Source: Deinococcus sp. (GTDB lineage Bacteria > Deinococcota > Deinococci > Deinococcales > Deinococcaceae). Taken from it: DNA of 64,000 nucleotides. Positions 56,395 through 64,000 of the stretch are shown here, one piece after another; position 1 is the stretch's first letter; each line of letters opens with the position of its first letter. The stretch lies in assembly GCA_965261005.1 (NCBI GenBank), contig OZ253375.1, forward strand, positions 672,001 through 736,000, given 5' to 3'. The translations under genes and the position numbers were made by a program. The notes beneath the pieces are model-generated. The model ran no database searches and was not told where the DNA came from. It saw nothing but the letters and a program-made list of their open reading frames with translations.

Positions 56395-56612
56395 CGACGC
56401 CCCGAACAGACCGTCACCTTTAAGAAATCTTTCGGTAACTTTCACACAGATATCAGATTAAGATTAACTTAATATAAGCAGAGGACCGACCCGCCCCACC
56501 TTCCTCTGAACATATTCCGTACAGCTCACCCCCGTTGTTCGCCGCCCCGAGCCGCGACAGGTCCGGCCTGTCGCCCGTCCATCCCGCTTCGCCCCCGTCA
56601 AGGAGCCTTCTC

Positions 56613-58421
56613 ATGCCCGACGCCACCCCCTTCCACCTTTCCATTTCCAGGCTGGGCCTGCGCACGTTGGGTCTGGTCAGCCTCACGCTCAGCCTCGCCG
56701 CCTGTGGCGGCGTGAGCGCGCCGACCCCGTCGGCGGCGGTGCCAGCGGCCCCGAGCGCGACGTCCGCCAACGAGAACGCCGGTGAGGGCGAGGCCCTCCT
56801 TTGGAGCGAGACGGCGGCGGGCGTTCAGGCGCTGTCGGTGAGCGGCGCCGAGCAGGCCCTGAGCGCCGCGCCGTGGCAAGCGGCCAGCAGCGGCTGGGGA
56901 CCCATCGAGCGCGACAAAAGCAACGGCGAGCGGAACGCCGGGGATGGGCACGCGCTGAGCGTGGGGGGCAAGACGTATGCGCGCGGCTTCGGCGCCCACG
57001 CCACCTCGCAGATGACCTTCACGCTCGACGGCCGCCAAACCGGCTTCAGCGCCGGCGTCGGCGTGGACGACGAGGTGGGCAAGCGCGGCAGCGTGGTGTT
57101 TCAGGTGTACGCCGACGGTCAGAAGCTGTTCGACAGCGGCGTGATGCGGGGCGGGGACGCGGCCAGGAGCGTCAACGTCGGCCTGACGGGCAAGCGCGAA
57201 CTCCGGCTGGTCGTCACCGACGCGGGCGACGGGGCCAACTACGACCACGCCGACTGGGTGAACCCCACCCTGCACGGCACCCAGGAGGTGCGCTACGGCG
57301 GGCCGCTGGTCATCACCAAGGGGGGAACCTACACGGGCGATTGGGAAAGCTTTGATCCCAAGGTGAGCGCCGTGACCGTCAAGACCAGCGAGCCGGTCGT
57401 GATCGAGAACTCGAACTTGCGCGGGGTGGGGCACCTGATCACCGGCTTCAAGAACCGCCTGACCGTGCGCGGCTCGCACGGCCACAACCTGACGCCGAAC
57501 GTTCTCGGCAAGGCCAGCGGCAACTTCATTCACCTCGGGGAGGTGATCAACCTCGACGTGGAGAACAACACCTTCGAGGGGGGCGGCATCTACCTCGACC
57601 GCTACACCGGCGACGGCGTGAGGGACACCGTCACCGTCCTGCGCAACGTGGTGAAGAACGTGGACGGCCGCTTGAGCGACGGCCAGGGCGGCTGGCTGAG
57701 CGGCGACGGGGATGACCAAAAGGCGCGCGTCATCAAGAGCTTTTTGCAGCTCAACGCGGTGCAGCGCGTCCCCAACGTCGAGATCGCTTGGAACCAGGTG
57801 GTTAACGAACCCTCCAAGAGCGTGGTCGAGGACACCCTGAGCGTCTACCGCAGCTCGGGCACGCCGAACAGCCCGATGGCCATTCACGACAACTACCTTC
57901 AGGGCGCCTACCCGCTGTCCCCCGAGCAGGCGCCGACCTACTACGGCGGCGGCATCATGCTGTGCGACGGCGCCGTGAGCGATCCGCTCGACTGCGGCTA
58001 CACCCGCGTGCGTGACAATCAAGTGGTGGCGACCACCAACTACGGCATCGAGATCATGGGCGGGGTGGACAACCAAGTCGAGCGCAACCGCGCCGTCACC
58101 TCGGGCCGCCTTGCGGACGGTACCCGCATTCCCAGCACCAACGTCGGCTTGGTCGTGTGGGACTACTCCGGGGTGCTCAAGGTCAACCCGCAGCTCTTCG
58201 CGCGCAACGTGATGCGCGACAACGAGGTGGGCTGGACCAAGGTAAGCGCCGACGGCAAAATCAGCAACAACGTGTGGTGGGCGCCGCAAGGGACCACCAA
58301 CGGCGGCGTCTTCAGCAACAAAGCCCTCGGCACCGTCACCCCCGACATGGAGCGCGCCGAGTTCGCGCGCTGGCAAGGCAAGCTGGCCAGCGCGGGCGTC
58401 AAGCTGGGCGCGCCGGAGTAA
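56613..58421 (+). CDS. Lipoprotein with NPCBM/NEW2 domain and right-handed beta-helix
   Basis: Lipobox LAAC; GWGPIERDKSNGE...YARGFGAHA...VGVDD...DHADW; Asn-ladder repeats C-terminally; AAGGAG RBS. Confidence 0.8.
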   Translation: MPDATPFHLSISRLGLRTLGLVSLTLSLAACGGVSAPTPSAAVPAAPSATSANENAGEGEALLWSETAAGVQALSVSGAEQALSAAPWQAASSGWGPIERDKSNGERNAGDGHALSVGGKTYARGFGAHATSQMTFTLDGRQTGFSAGVGVDDEVGKRGSVVFQVYADGQKLFDSGVMRGGDAARSVNVGLTGKRELRLVVTDAGDGANYDHADWVNPTLHGTQEVRYGGPLVITKGGTYTGDWESFDPKVSAVTVKTSEPVVIENSNLRGVGHLITGFKNRLTVRGSHGHNLTPNVLGKASGNFIHLGEVINLDVENNTFEGGGIYLDRYTGDGVRDTVTVLRNVVKNVDGRLSDGQGGWLSGDGDDQKARVIKSFLQLNAVQRVPNVEIAWNQVVNEPSKSVVEDTLSVYRSSGTPNSPMAIHDNYLQGAYPLSPEQAPTYYGGGIMLCDGAVSDPLDCGYTRVRDNQVVATTNYGIEIMGGVDNQVERNRAVTSGRLADGTRIPSTNVGLVVWDYSGVLKVNPQLFARNVMRDNEVGWTKVSADGKISNNVWWAPQGTTNGGVFSNKALGTVTPDMERAEFARWQGKLASAGVKLGAPE

Positions 58422-58500
58422 CCAAAGAAAGAGTACCCAAAAAAGATGCAGGTTCTTCACCCGGCTCCCCGCCGGGTGAAAGCTTTTATGGAAACTTTTT

Positions 58501-58740
58501 TTAGGGAAACTTCGGCTTGCCCGCTTGCCAGCTGCCCTGCGGCCCGCCGGCCCAGTGCCACGCCCCGGCCGGGCGGCTGGCCAAGCAGCGTGAAATGTCC
58601 GCCAGGGGAACGCGGCGCGCGAAGCGGGTGGTGGCGTGCCAGCGGGCCAGGGCGCTCGGCAAGTCGCTGGGCCGGGTTCCAAGGACAGAGGTGCTGGCGC
58701 GGTTGACCGCGAGATCGAAGAGGGCGTCCGGCGCGCTCAT
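58501..58740 (-). CDS. Small hypothetical protein
   Basis: Co-oriented with neighbours; WH..TRFARRVP, WHWAGG. Confidence 0.55.
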   Translation of the reverse strand: MSAPDALFDLAVNRASTSVLGTRPSDLPSALARWHATTRFARRVPLADISRCLASRPAGAWHWAGGPQGSWQAGKPKFP

Positions 58741-58750
58741 TTAAGCTCGT

Positions 58751-59131
58751 TCAGGCCGTGCGCACGCCCGCGAGCGCGGCGATCTGACCGGCGTGCCACG
58801 CCGAGTGACGCGCGTTCAGGCGGATCAGGGCCGCCACGCTGAGAACGCGGCCGGCATACCCGGTTTCGAGGCCCAGCTGGCCCTCGCCGAGGCGCGAGAC
58901 TGCCGCCATCTCCCACTCCATCAACGCGCTCAGGTCAGCTTCCGCCGGCGGCGCGGGCGTGCCGGTGACTTGCGCGATCAGGCGCCAGTATTCGCGTTTG
59001 GTGTCGGCAAGGTGCAGCGTCAGCCAGGCCATCCTGGGCGGCACTTGGCCGCGCGCCATGCTCAGGGCGCTCGACACCGATTCCCAGGAATCGAAGTTGA
59101 CCTCCTCAAGCAGCGCGCGCAGCTGGTCCAT
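58751..59131 (-). CDS. DinB-like protein
   Basis: WLTLHLA..K..YW and RHSAWHAGQIA. Confidence 0.7.
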   Translation of the reverse strand: MDQLRALLEEVNFDSWESVSSALSMARGQVPPRMAWLTLHLADTKREYWRLIAQVTGTPAPPAEADLSALMEWEMAAVSRLGEGQLGLETGYAGRVLSVAALIRLNARHSAWHAGQIAALAGVRTA

Positions 59132-59521
59132 TCAGGTCAGCTTATAGCCGTTCGCGTCCGCGCGCAGGCGACCGGCCTCCAGCAGGCGGTCCACGGCGCC
59201 GCGCGCTTGGCCCTCGCTGAGGGGAGAGTCGCGCAGCAGATCTTCCAGCGCGAACCGACCGCCGCGCCGCATGGCGAGGCGCAGCACCATGCGCTCGGCG
59301 GCGTCCGGCCTGGGCGGGGCGCTGGACGCCCGGCCGAAAGCGCGCCACACCAACAGGCCGACCAGCAGACCGGCGATCAGTTCCAGCGGCAACAGCTCGA
59401 AAGCGAGCAGCGGGTCGCCTTTGCTTGGAAAGGGGTTGCCGTGGGTGTACACGGCCCCGTAGGCGATCAGGGCGGCGCCCAGGGCGGCGAGAACAGTGAG
59501 CAGCGAGCGCGGCCAATTCAC
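59132..59521 (-). CDS. Small membrane protein with C-terminal wHTH-like segment (intact copy)
   Basis: Two TM segments then ERMVLRLAMRRGGRF; GTG start. Confidence 0.7.
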   Translation of the reverse strand: MNWPRSLLTVLAALGAALIAYGAVYTHGNPFPSKGDPLLAFELLPLELIAGLLVGLLVWRAFGRASSAPPRPDAAERMVLRLAMRRGGRFALEDLLRDSPLSEGQARGAVDRLLEAGRLRADANGYKLT

Positions 59522-59563
59522 TCCCCCATCATGCCGGCGGGCCGGGCGGCAGATGGTGTGCCG
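59257..59563. repeat. Direct repeat copy 1 (~306 bp)
   Basis: Aligns by eye with 62825-63130 at offset 3568. Confidence 0.9.
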
Positions 59564-59727
59564 TTGAGCCGGCGCTGACCGCACCCGCGCGATTGTCTCC
59601 GGTGCGTACAAGGCGCCGCCCGACGTGGACGGCGTGCCGGTCTTGACCCAACCGCGCCGTTTGTCGGGCGTGCCGGTGACCGTCTATACCAGAGGGGACA
59701 CAGCCGAGGAAAGGTGCATACCTAAGG

Positions 59728-60609
59728 TCAGCCCCAGTTCAGCCACCCAAAAGCCCGAACCACTTTGTGAAACGACCAAGCGGCGATTCGGCAGATTGGA
59801 CGTTGGTACCACGGGCGGTGATGGCAGATGTCACGCATGTTCCCGAGAAAGACGTCGTCCGTACGTGCGCGGTTGCCCTCCGTCTTTTGATAACGCGGAA
59901 TGTTACGGTATCCGAAGTCATGCACATTGCACGCGGGCCTAAACCTCTCTGAATATTTATTAATAATGCCCTGCGCAACCGTGATGGGTAGATTGTTCGT
60001 CCGCGCCTTGGTGATCAATTCGGGGACCGAGCAACCGTCACGGCTCCAGTCGAGTTGATTGAGAAAGGGGGTGTTGCCGGATGACATGAAGATATACTCA
60101 TGGTCGTAATGATCGACCGTCCCCCAACCGACACTTTTGACGTAGGTCAGCACTGCCGGCTCGCTCGGTGGAGGAGGTCCAGGCGCGACAGGATCGTCCG
60201 GCACACACTCGATGGCGTATGGATCAGAACAGTCAATGGGAATCGCGAGCGCCTGCGCTGCCTGCGGCGACCCATTGGGCGGCGTCGCCGGACTTTCGGG
60301 TTCGTAGTACGACGCTTCCGCCTCCGCGACGAACGTAGGTTCCTGCCAATTGGTGTACAACGCCTCCGTGGCTTCGGGCTCCTGCGTTTCGGGACGGTCG
60401 GCCAGCCAGTCGGCGCGCACGGCAAGGTCGTTCAACCCCTCTTCCTGGGCTGTTAGCGGGCCGACCTTGGGATTCAGGTACGCCGCCCACGGACGCGGTC
60501 TTGACGCTGAGGGCGCCGAGGACTGGGGTGAGGGCGGCGCGCTCTGTCCACAAGCAGCGAGCAAAAGGGCGAGGCTGGCGGCGAGCAGCAAACTTCCGTG
60601 TGTCCTCAT
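59728..60609 (-). CDS. Lipoprotein with C-terminal prokaryotic phospholipase A2 domain
   Basis: Lipobox LAAC; LDWSRDGCS...FRPACNVHDFGYRN...R..TD..F..NM..IC. Confidence 0.85.
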   Translation of the reverse strand: MRTHGSLLLAASLALLLAACGQSAPPSPQSSAPSASRPRPWAAYLNPKVGPLTAQEEGLNDLAVRADWLADRPETQEPEATEALYTNWQEPTFVAEAEASYYEPESPATPPNGSPQAAQALAIPIDCSDPYAIECVPDDPVAPGPPPPSEPAVLTYVKSVGWGTVDHYDHEYIFMSSGNTPFLNQLDWSRDGCSVPELITKARTNNLPITVAQGIINKYSERFRPACNVHDFGYRNIPRYQKTEGNRARTDDVFLGNMRDICHHRPWYQRPICRIAAWSFHKVVRAFGWLNWG

Positions 60610-60822
60610 ACGTCCCCCTGTGACGACGCGCGAAAGACGAGGCCCAGCACCCGTTCAAGCGTTGAACGGCGCGCAGATTCAGGTCCTGCCCATCGGCTTT
60701 GTGTTCGTCTGCAATTAAGCTAACGACTTTGCGCCCCGATTCGCGCGTGCAAAGCGTCATGAGAGGCGTGACCATCGTCATGGGTCACACACGGCCGGGC
60801 GACGCCTCGCCTAGCATGCGGC

Positions 60823-61950
60823 ATGCTGACGCTCAAAGTCCTGCGCGCGGTGCGTTGGGTCAGCTTGGGTGGATGGTGCTGGCCGACGTTTTCGATGCTG
60901 AGCCGGCCGTCCCTAAAGACGTGGGCCTGGGCGGACATGTTCTCGCGAGGTCTGCCCACGCTTTCGTTTCTCGTGTACCTGCTGAGTTTCTGGTGCGCGA
61001 GCGACCCGACGCGGTCACGGGCGGTGAGGCAACGCTGGTCGGTCGTGCTCACAGGGGCCGCCCTGGTGCTCAACGCGGCCTTTCCGTCGCAGCAAGCCGT
61101 CGGGGCGTTGCTGGTGGCCGGAGCGGCCATTTTGCCAATGCACTTCAACTTGACGCACACCTTCGCCCTGATCATCGCCCAGTGCGCCCTGCTGTTTGCC
61201 ATCTTGGACGTCGCGCTGGGCAGCACGCTCGCGTGGCATGACACCGTATGGGCCTTTGGGATGGAGAGCGTGCTCGCCCTGGGCATGTCGTTCGTGTTTC
61301 ACCACATGCGTTCACGTCAGCAAGGCTTCGCCTCGACCGCATACGTCATGTACGCTGCCGAACACCGCTGGCGGGAAGCCGAGCGGCGGCGGATCGCGCG
61401 CGACTTGCACGACGTCGTTGGGTACAACCTCACCTTGCTGAACCTGGAACTTGAGGTGGCGCGCGCGCAGCAGGACCCCACATTGCGCGCGTCCATGCAG
61501 CGCGCGCATGTTTTAGCGGCGCGCCTGAACGAGGATTTGCGCGGCACGGTCAGCGAACTGCGCCGAGGAGCCGTCGGTTGGGGCGAGGTCGTGCGGCCCC
61601 TCGACGTGGTCATTCCGGGGTTGACCATTCACCTCGCGCTGCGAACCGCCTCGCCGCTGTCCGAACAAACGACGCATGCTTTGGCGCTGCTGGTGCAAGA
61701 AGCGCTCACGAACACGGTCCGGCACGCGGGCGCCACCCACTTTCACGTCGAGGTAGGCGAGCAGGGTGACGGGGTCCAGCTGCGCGCGTGGGACGACGGC
61801 GCCGCGCGGGGGCCGGTCACGCCGGGGCATGGCCTTGGCGGGATGCGCGAACGCATCGAGGCGGTTGGCGGCACGCTCACGCTTCGCTTGTCGCCCGGTC
61901 GGTCGGTGTGCGTGGAAGCGCGCGTCCCCTTCGCTGAGGACACGGCGTGA
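60823..61950 (+). CDS. Membrane sensor histidine kinase (HisKA_3, DesK/NarX-like)
   Basis: ERRRIARDLHDVVG, QEALTNTVRHA, DDG, GHGLGGMRERI; start uncertain. Confidence 0.9.
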   Translation: MLTLKVLRAVRWVSLGGWCWPTFSMLSRPSLKTWAWADMFSRGLPTLSFLVYLLSFWCASDPTRSRAVRQRWSVVLTGAALVLNAAFPSQQAVGALLVAGAAILPMHFNLTHTFALIIAQCALLFAILDVALGSTLAWHDTVWAFGMESVLALGMSFVFHHMRSRQQGFASTAYVMYAAEHRWREAERRRIARDLHDVVGYNLTLLNLELEVARAQQDPTLRASMQRAHVLAARLNEDLRGTVSELRRGAVGWGEVVRPLDVVIPGLTIHLALRTASPLSEQTTHALALLVQEALTNTVRHAGATHFHVEVGEQGDGVQLRAWDDGAARGPVTPGHGLGGMRERIEAVGGTLTLRLSPGRSVCVEARVPFAEDTA

Positions 61951-62582
61951 TTCGGCTCGGCCTCGTCGACGATCACCTGCTGGTGCGCGAAGGTCTGCGG
62001 CGACTGCTGGAGGCGTCAAACGACGTTCGGGTCGTCGCGGAGGCGGCCAGCGTGGAGGGGGCGGTTCGCGCCGTCCTCGAACATCGCCCAGATGTGTTGC
62101 TGCTCGACGTGTGGTTGCCGCCGCGCAGCGGCCTCGACGTCATGGAAGCCTTGAAGGTTCTCGGATGCCTGCCTCCAACGTTGTTGCTGTCCTCCTTCGA
62201 GGATCTGGATGTGCTCACGCGCGCCAAGCGGCTGGGCGCGCTCGGCTACCTGATCAAGGACGTCAGCGTCGAGGTGCTCTTGGCGGCGGTGCGTTCCGTC
62301 GCGTCGGGTCGGCCGGTCACCCGTCCGCTCATCGGCGAGGACGTTCACGCGCGCGCACGGACACTTGAGCGCGAGCGCGCGAGCGGTCAGCTGAGCTTGA
62401 CGCCGCGCGAGCGTGACGTGCTGGGCCTGATCGCGAGCGGGCAGTCGACGCGTGACGTCGCGCGCAGCTTGGGCCTACAGGAGGGGACGGTCAAGAATCA
62501 CTTGTCGAACGTGATCATGAAGTTGGGAGTGCGCGACCGCACCCAGGCCGTGCTGCGGGCCTTGCAATTCGGGCTGCTGTGA
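61947..62582 (+). CDS. NarL/LuxR family response regulator
   Basis: VDDHLLVREGL, LLLD, LTPRERDVL, TVKNHLSN..KLGVRDRTQA. Confidence 0.93.
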   Translation: MIRLGLVDDHLLVREGLRRLLEASNDVRVVAEAASVEGAVRAVLEHRPDVLLLDVWLPPRSGLDVMEALKVLGCLPPTLLLSSFEDLDVLTRAKRLGALGYLIKDVSVEVLLAAVRSVASGRPVTRPLIGEDVHARARTLERERASGQLSLTPRERDVLGLIASGQSTRDVARSLGLQEGTVKNHLSNVIMKLGVRDRTQAVLRALQFGLL

Positions 62583-62685
62583 AGCTCAGCATGCAGGCCC
62601 CGGCCGCTGAACGCCCACGTCTGAACGTCCATGCCGAGGACATTCCGGAACCAAACCGCACGATTTGACGATCTGGTTCGCCGGC

Positions 62686-62830
62686 TCAGCGGAGAGGACC
62701 CACGGCCTTGATGACCCCGTCGTTGGCCGCGCGAACGCGGCGCCCGTCCATTTTGAGGACGGCGCGGTCGTAGGTCAGCAGGCCGTTGACTTCGGTCTCG
62801 ACGTCGGTCGGTCATCTGGGTGTGGACCGC
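62686..62830 (-). pseudogene. Remnant of the C-terminus of a GH2-like glycoside hydrolase
   Basis: AVHTQMTD-[4-nt duplication]-VETEVNGLLTYDRAVLKMD...* resembles the YTQxTDVExExNGLxTYDR motif. Confidence 0.65.
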
Positions 62831-63130
62831 CGCGCCGCATGGCGAGGCGCAACACCATGCGCTCGGCGGCGTCCGGGCGGCGCGGGGCGCCTATGGCCCG
62901 TCCGAAGGCGCGCCACACCAACAGGCCGACCAGCAGACCGACGATCAGTTCCAGCGGCAACAGCTGAAAGGCGAGCCGCGGGTCGCCCCTGCTCGCAAAG
63001 GGATTGCCGTGGGTATACACGGCCCCGTAGGCGATCAGGGCGGCGCCGAGGGCGGCGAGAACAGCGAGCAGCGAGCGCGGCCAATTCACCCCCTCATCAT
63101 GCCGGCAGGTCGGGTGGCCATGGTGTGCCG
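62825..63130. repeat. Direct repeat copy 2 (~306 bp), containing a 3'-truncated copy of the 59132-59521 gene (GTG at 63089)
   Basis: Protein similarity ends at LAMRRGG, then unrelated sequence. Confidence 0.9.
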
Positions 63131-63178
63131 CGCTTGTTCTGGCTGGGCTTGTTCTGACTACAGTTGGTATAACCAGGC

Positions 63179-63910
63179 GTGAACCCACTCTTCGACTTGA
63201 GCGGCAAGCGCGCCTTGGTGACGGGGGCGAGCCGGGGCATCGGCCTGGCGGCGGCGCGCGCCCTCCAGGACCTGGGCGCCGAGGTCATCATCTGCGCGCG
63301 CGGCGAGGCGGCGCTGCGTGAGGCGGCAATGGGGCTGGGCGTGGGGGCCATTGCCGCCGATTTGAGCGATTCCGGCGACATTGAGCGTCTGCTCACCCAG
63401 GCCGGCGACCTCGACATTCTGGTCAGCAACGCGGGCGGGCCGCCCGTCGGGGTGACCAGCCAGCTGGACGACGCGGCCTGGGCGCGCGGCTTCGAGCTGA
63501 CCTTTATGTCCACGGTGCGCCTCGCGCGCGGGGCGCTGCCGCACATGCGCCGCCAGGGGTGGGGCCGCGTGATCGCCATCACCAGCCTGACGGTCGGGCG
63601 GCCCAGCCCCGAACTGCCGGTGTCGAACGCCATGCGCGCGGGCGTGACCAACTTCGCGCGCTCGCTTGCCTTGGAGGTGGCCGCGGGGGGCGTCACGGTC
63701 AACACCGTCGCCCCCGGCTACACCGCCACCGAGCGGCTGCGCGAGGTGACCAAAAATCCCGAGGACCGGCGGCGCGTGCTGGACCGCTTGCCCGCGCGCC
63801 GCTTCGGCGCCCCCGAAGAGGTCGCCCACGCGGTCGCCTTTCTCGCCAGCCCGGGCGCCGCCTACATGACCGGGCAGGAGCTGCTGGTGGACGGGGGATG
63901 GAGCATCTGA
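63179..63910 (+). CDS. Short-chain dehydrogenase/reductase
   Basis: TGASRGIG, SNAGGPP, SNAMR (YxxxK replaced), PGYTATER. Confidence 0.9.
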   Translation: MNPLFDLSGKRALVTGASRGIGLAAARALQDLGAEVIICARGEAALREAAMGLGVGAIAADLSDSGDIERLLTQAGDLDILVSNAGGPPVGVTSQLDDAAWARGFELTFMSTVRLARGALPHMRRQGWGRVIAITSLTVGRPSPELPVSNAMRAGVTNFARSLALEVAAGGVTVNTVAPGYTATERLREVTKNPEDRRRVLDRLPARRFGAPEEVAHAVAFLASPGAAYMTGQELLVDGGWSI

Positions 63911-63918
63911 GCTGACTT

Positions 63919-64000
63919 TTAGATGGCCACCTCCGGCCGCTCCAGAACAGCTTCCAGCGCGATCTCGGCGTTTAAGGTGGCGGCCACCGAGCAGTACTTT
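63919..64000 (-). CDS. OsmC/YhfA family protein, C-terminal end only
   Basis: Manual translation KYCSVAATLNAEIALEAVLERPEVAI*; KYCSV motif. Confidence 0.65.
   Translation of the reverse strand, partial: KYCSVAATLNAEIALEAVLERPEVAI

Noticed and set aside
56550..56580. Riboswitch upstream of the NPCBM lipoprotein
   Set aside because: Only a simple hairpin; no riboswitch consensus I can recognise. An Rfam scan would settle it
59615..59690. Imperfect inverted and direct repeats downstream of the PLA2 gene
   Set aside because: Short, GC-rich and single-copy in the window; cannot be distinguished from chance or a weak terminator

Overview
High-GC (roughly 70% by eye) chromosomal window from a Deinococcus-like bacterium (Deinococcota). 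The assignment rests on gene content, many leaderless TANNNT-N6-start promoters and Deinococcus-style small non-coding repeats. The backbone is housekeeping: pduO, tRNA-Arg(CCG), a PrsA/SurA-like foldase, murA, an RqkA-like kinase, tatA, comM, hslO, rluD, sodA, purC/S/Q/L, htrA, type III glnA, comF, an M16 peptidase, rpoD, a MoxR operon, ohr, pdxH, mutM and pcp. Accessory material of note: (1) a ~6 kb cassette (5200-11252) with an Afp15/Pvc15-like AAA+ ATPase, two signal-peptide genes and a two-warhead effector-like gene (lysozyme-like plus C39-like peptidase) broken by one in-frame stop and one frameshift, with no needle genes in the window; (2) three tandem paralogous small acidic proteins; (3) two MITE-like repeat families that share an internal module; (4) three toxin-antitoxin loci, including an orphan hicB with a reconstructable hicA stub; (5) a putative cohesin/dockerin-like surface operon; (6) a phospholipase A2 plus two-component islet bounded by ~306 bp direct repeats and carrying a GH2 gene remnant. 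No CRISPR array, rRNA, integrase or transposase was seen. All family assignments come from motif recognition by eye, not from database searches.
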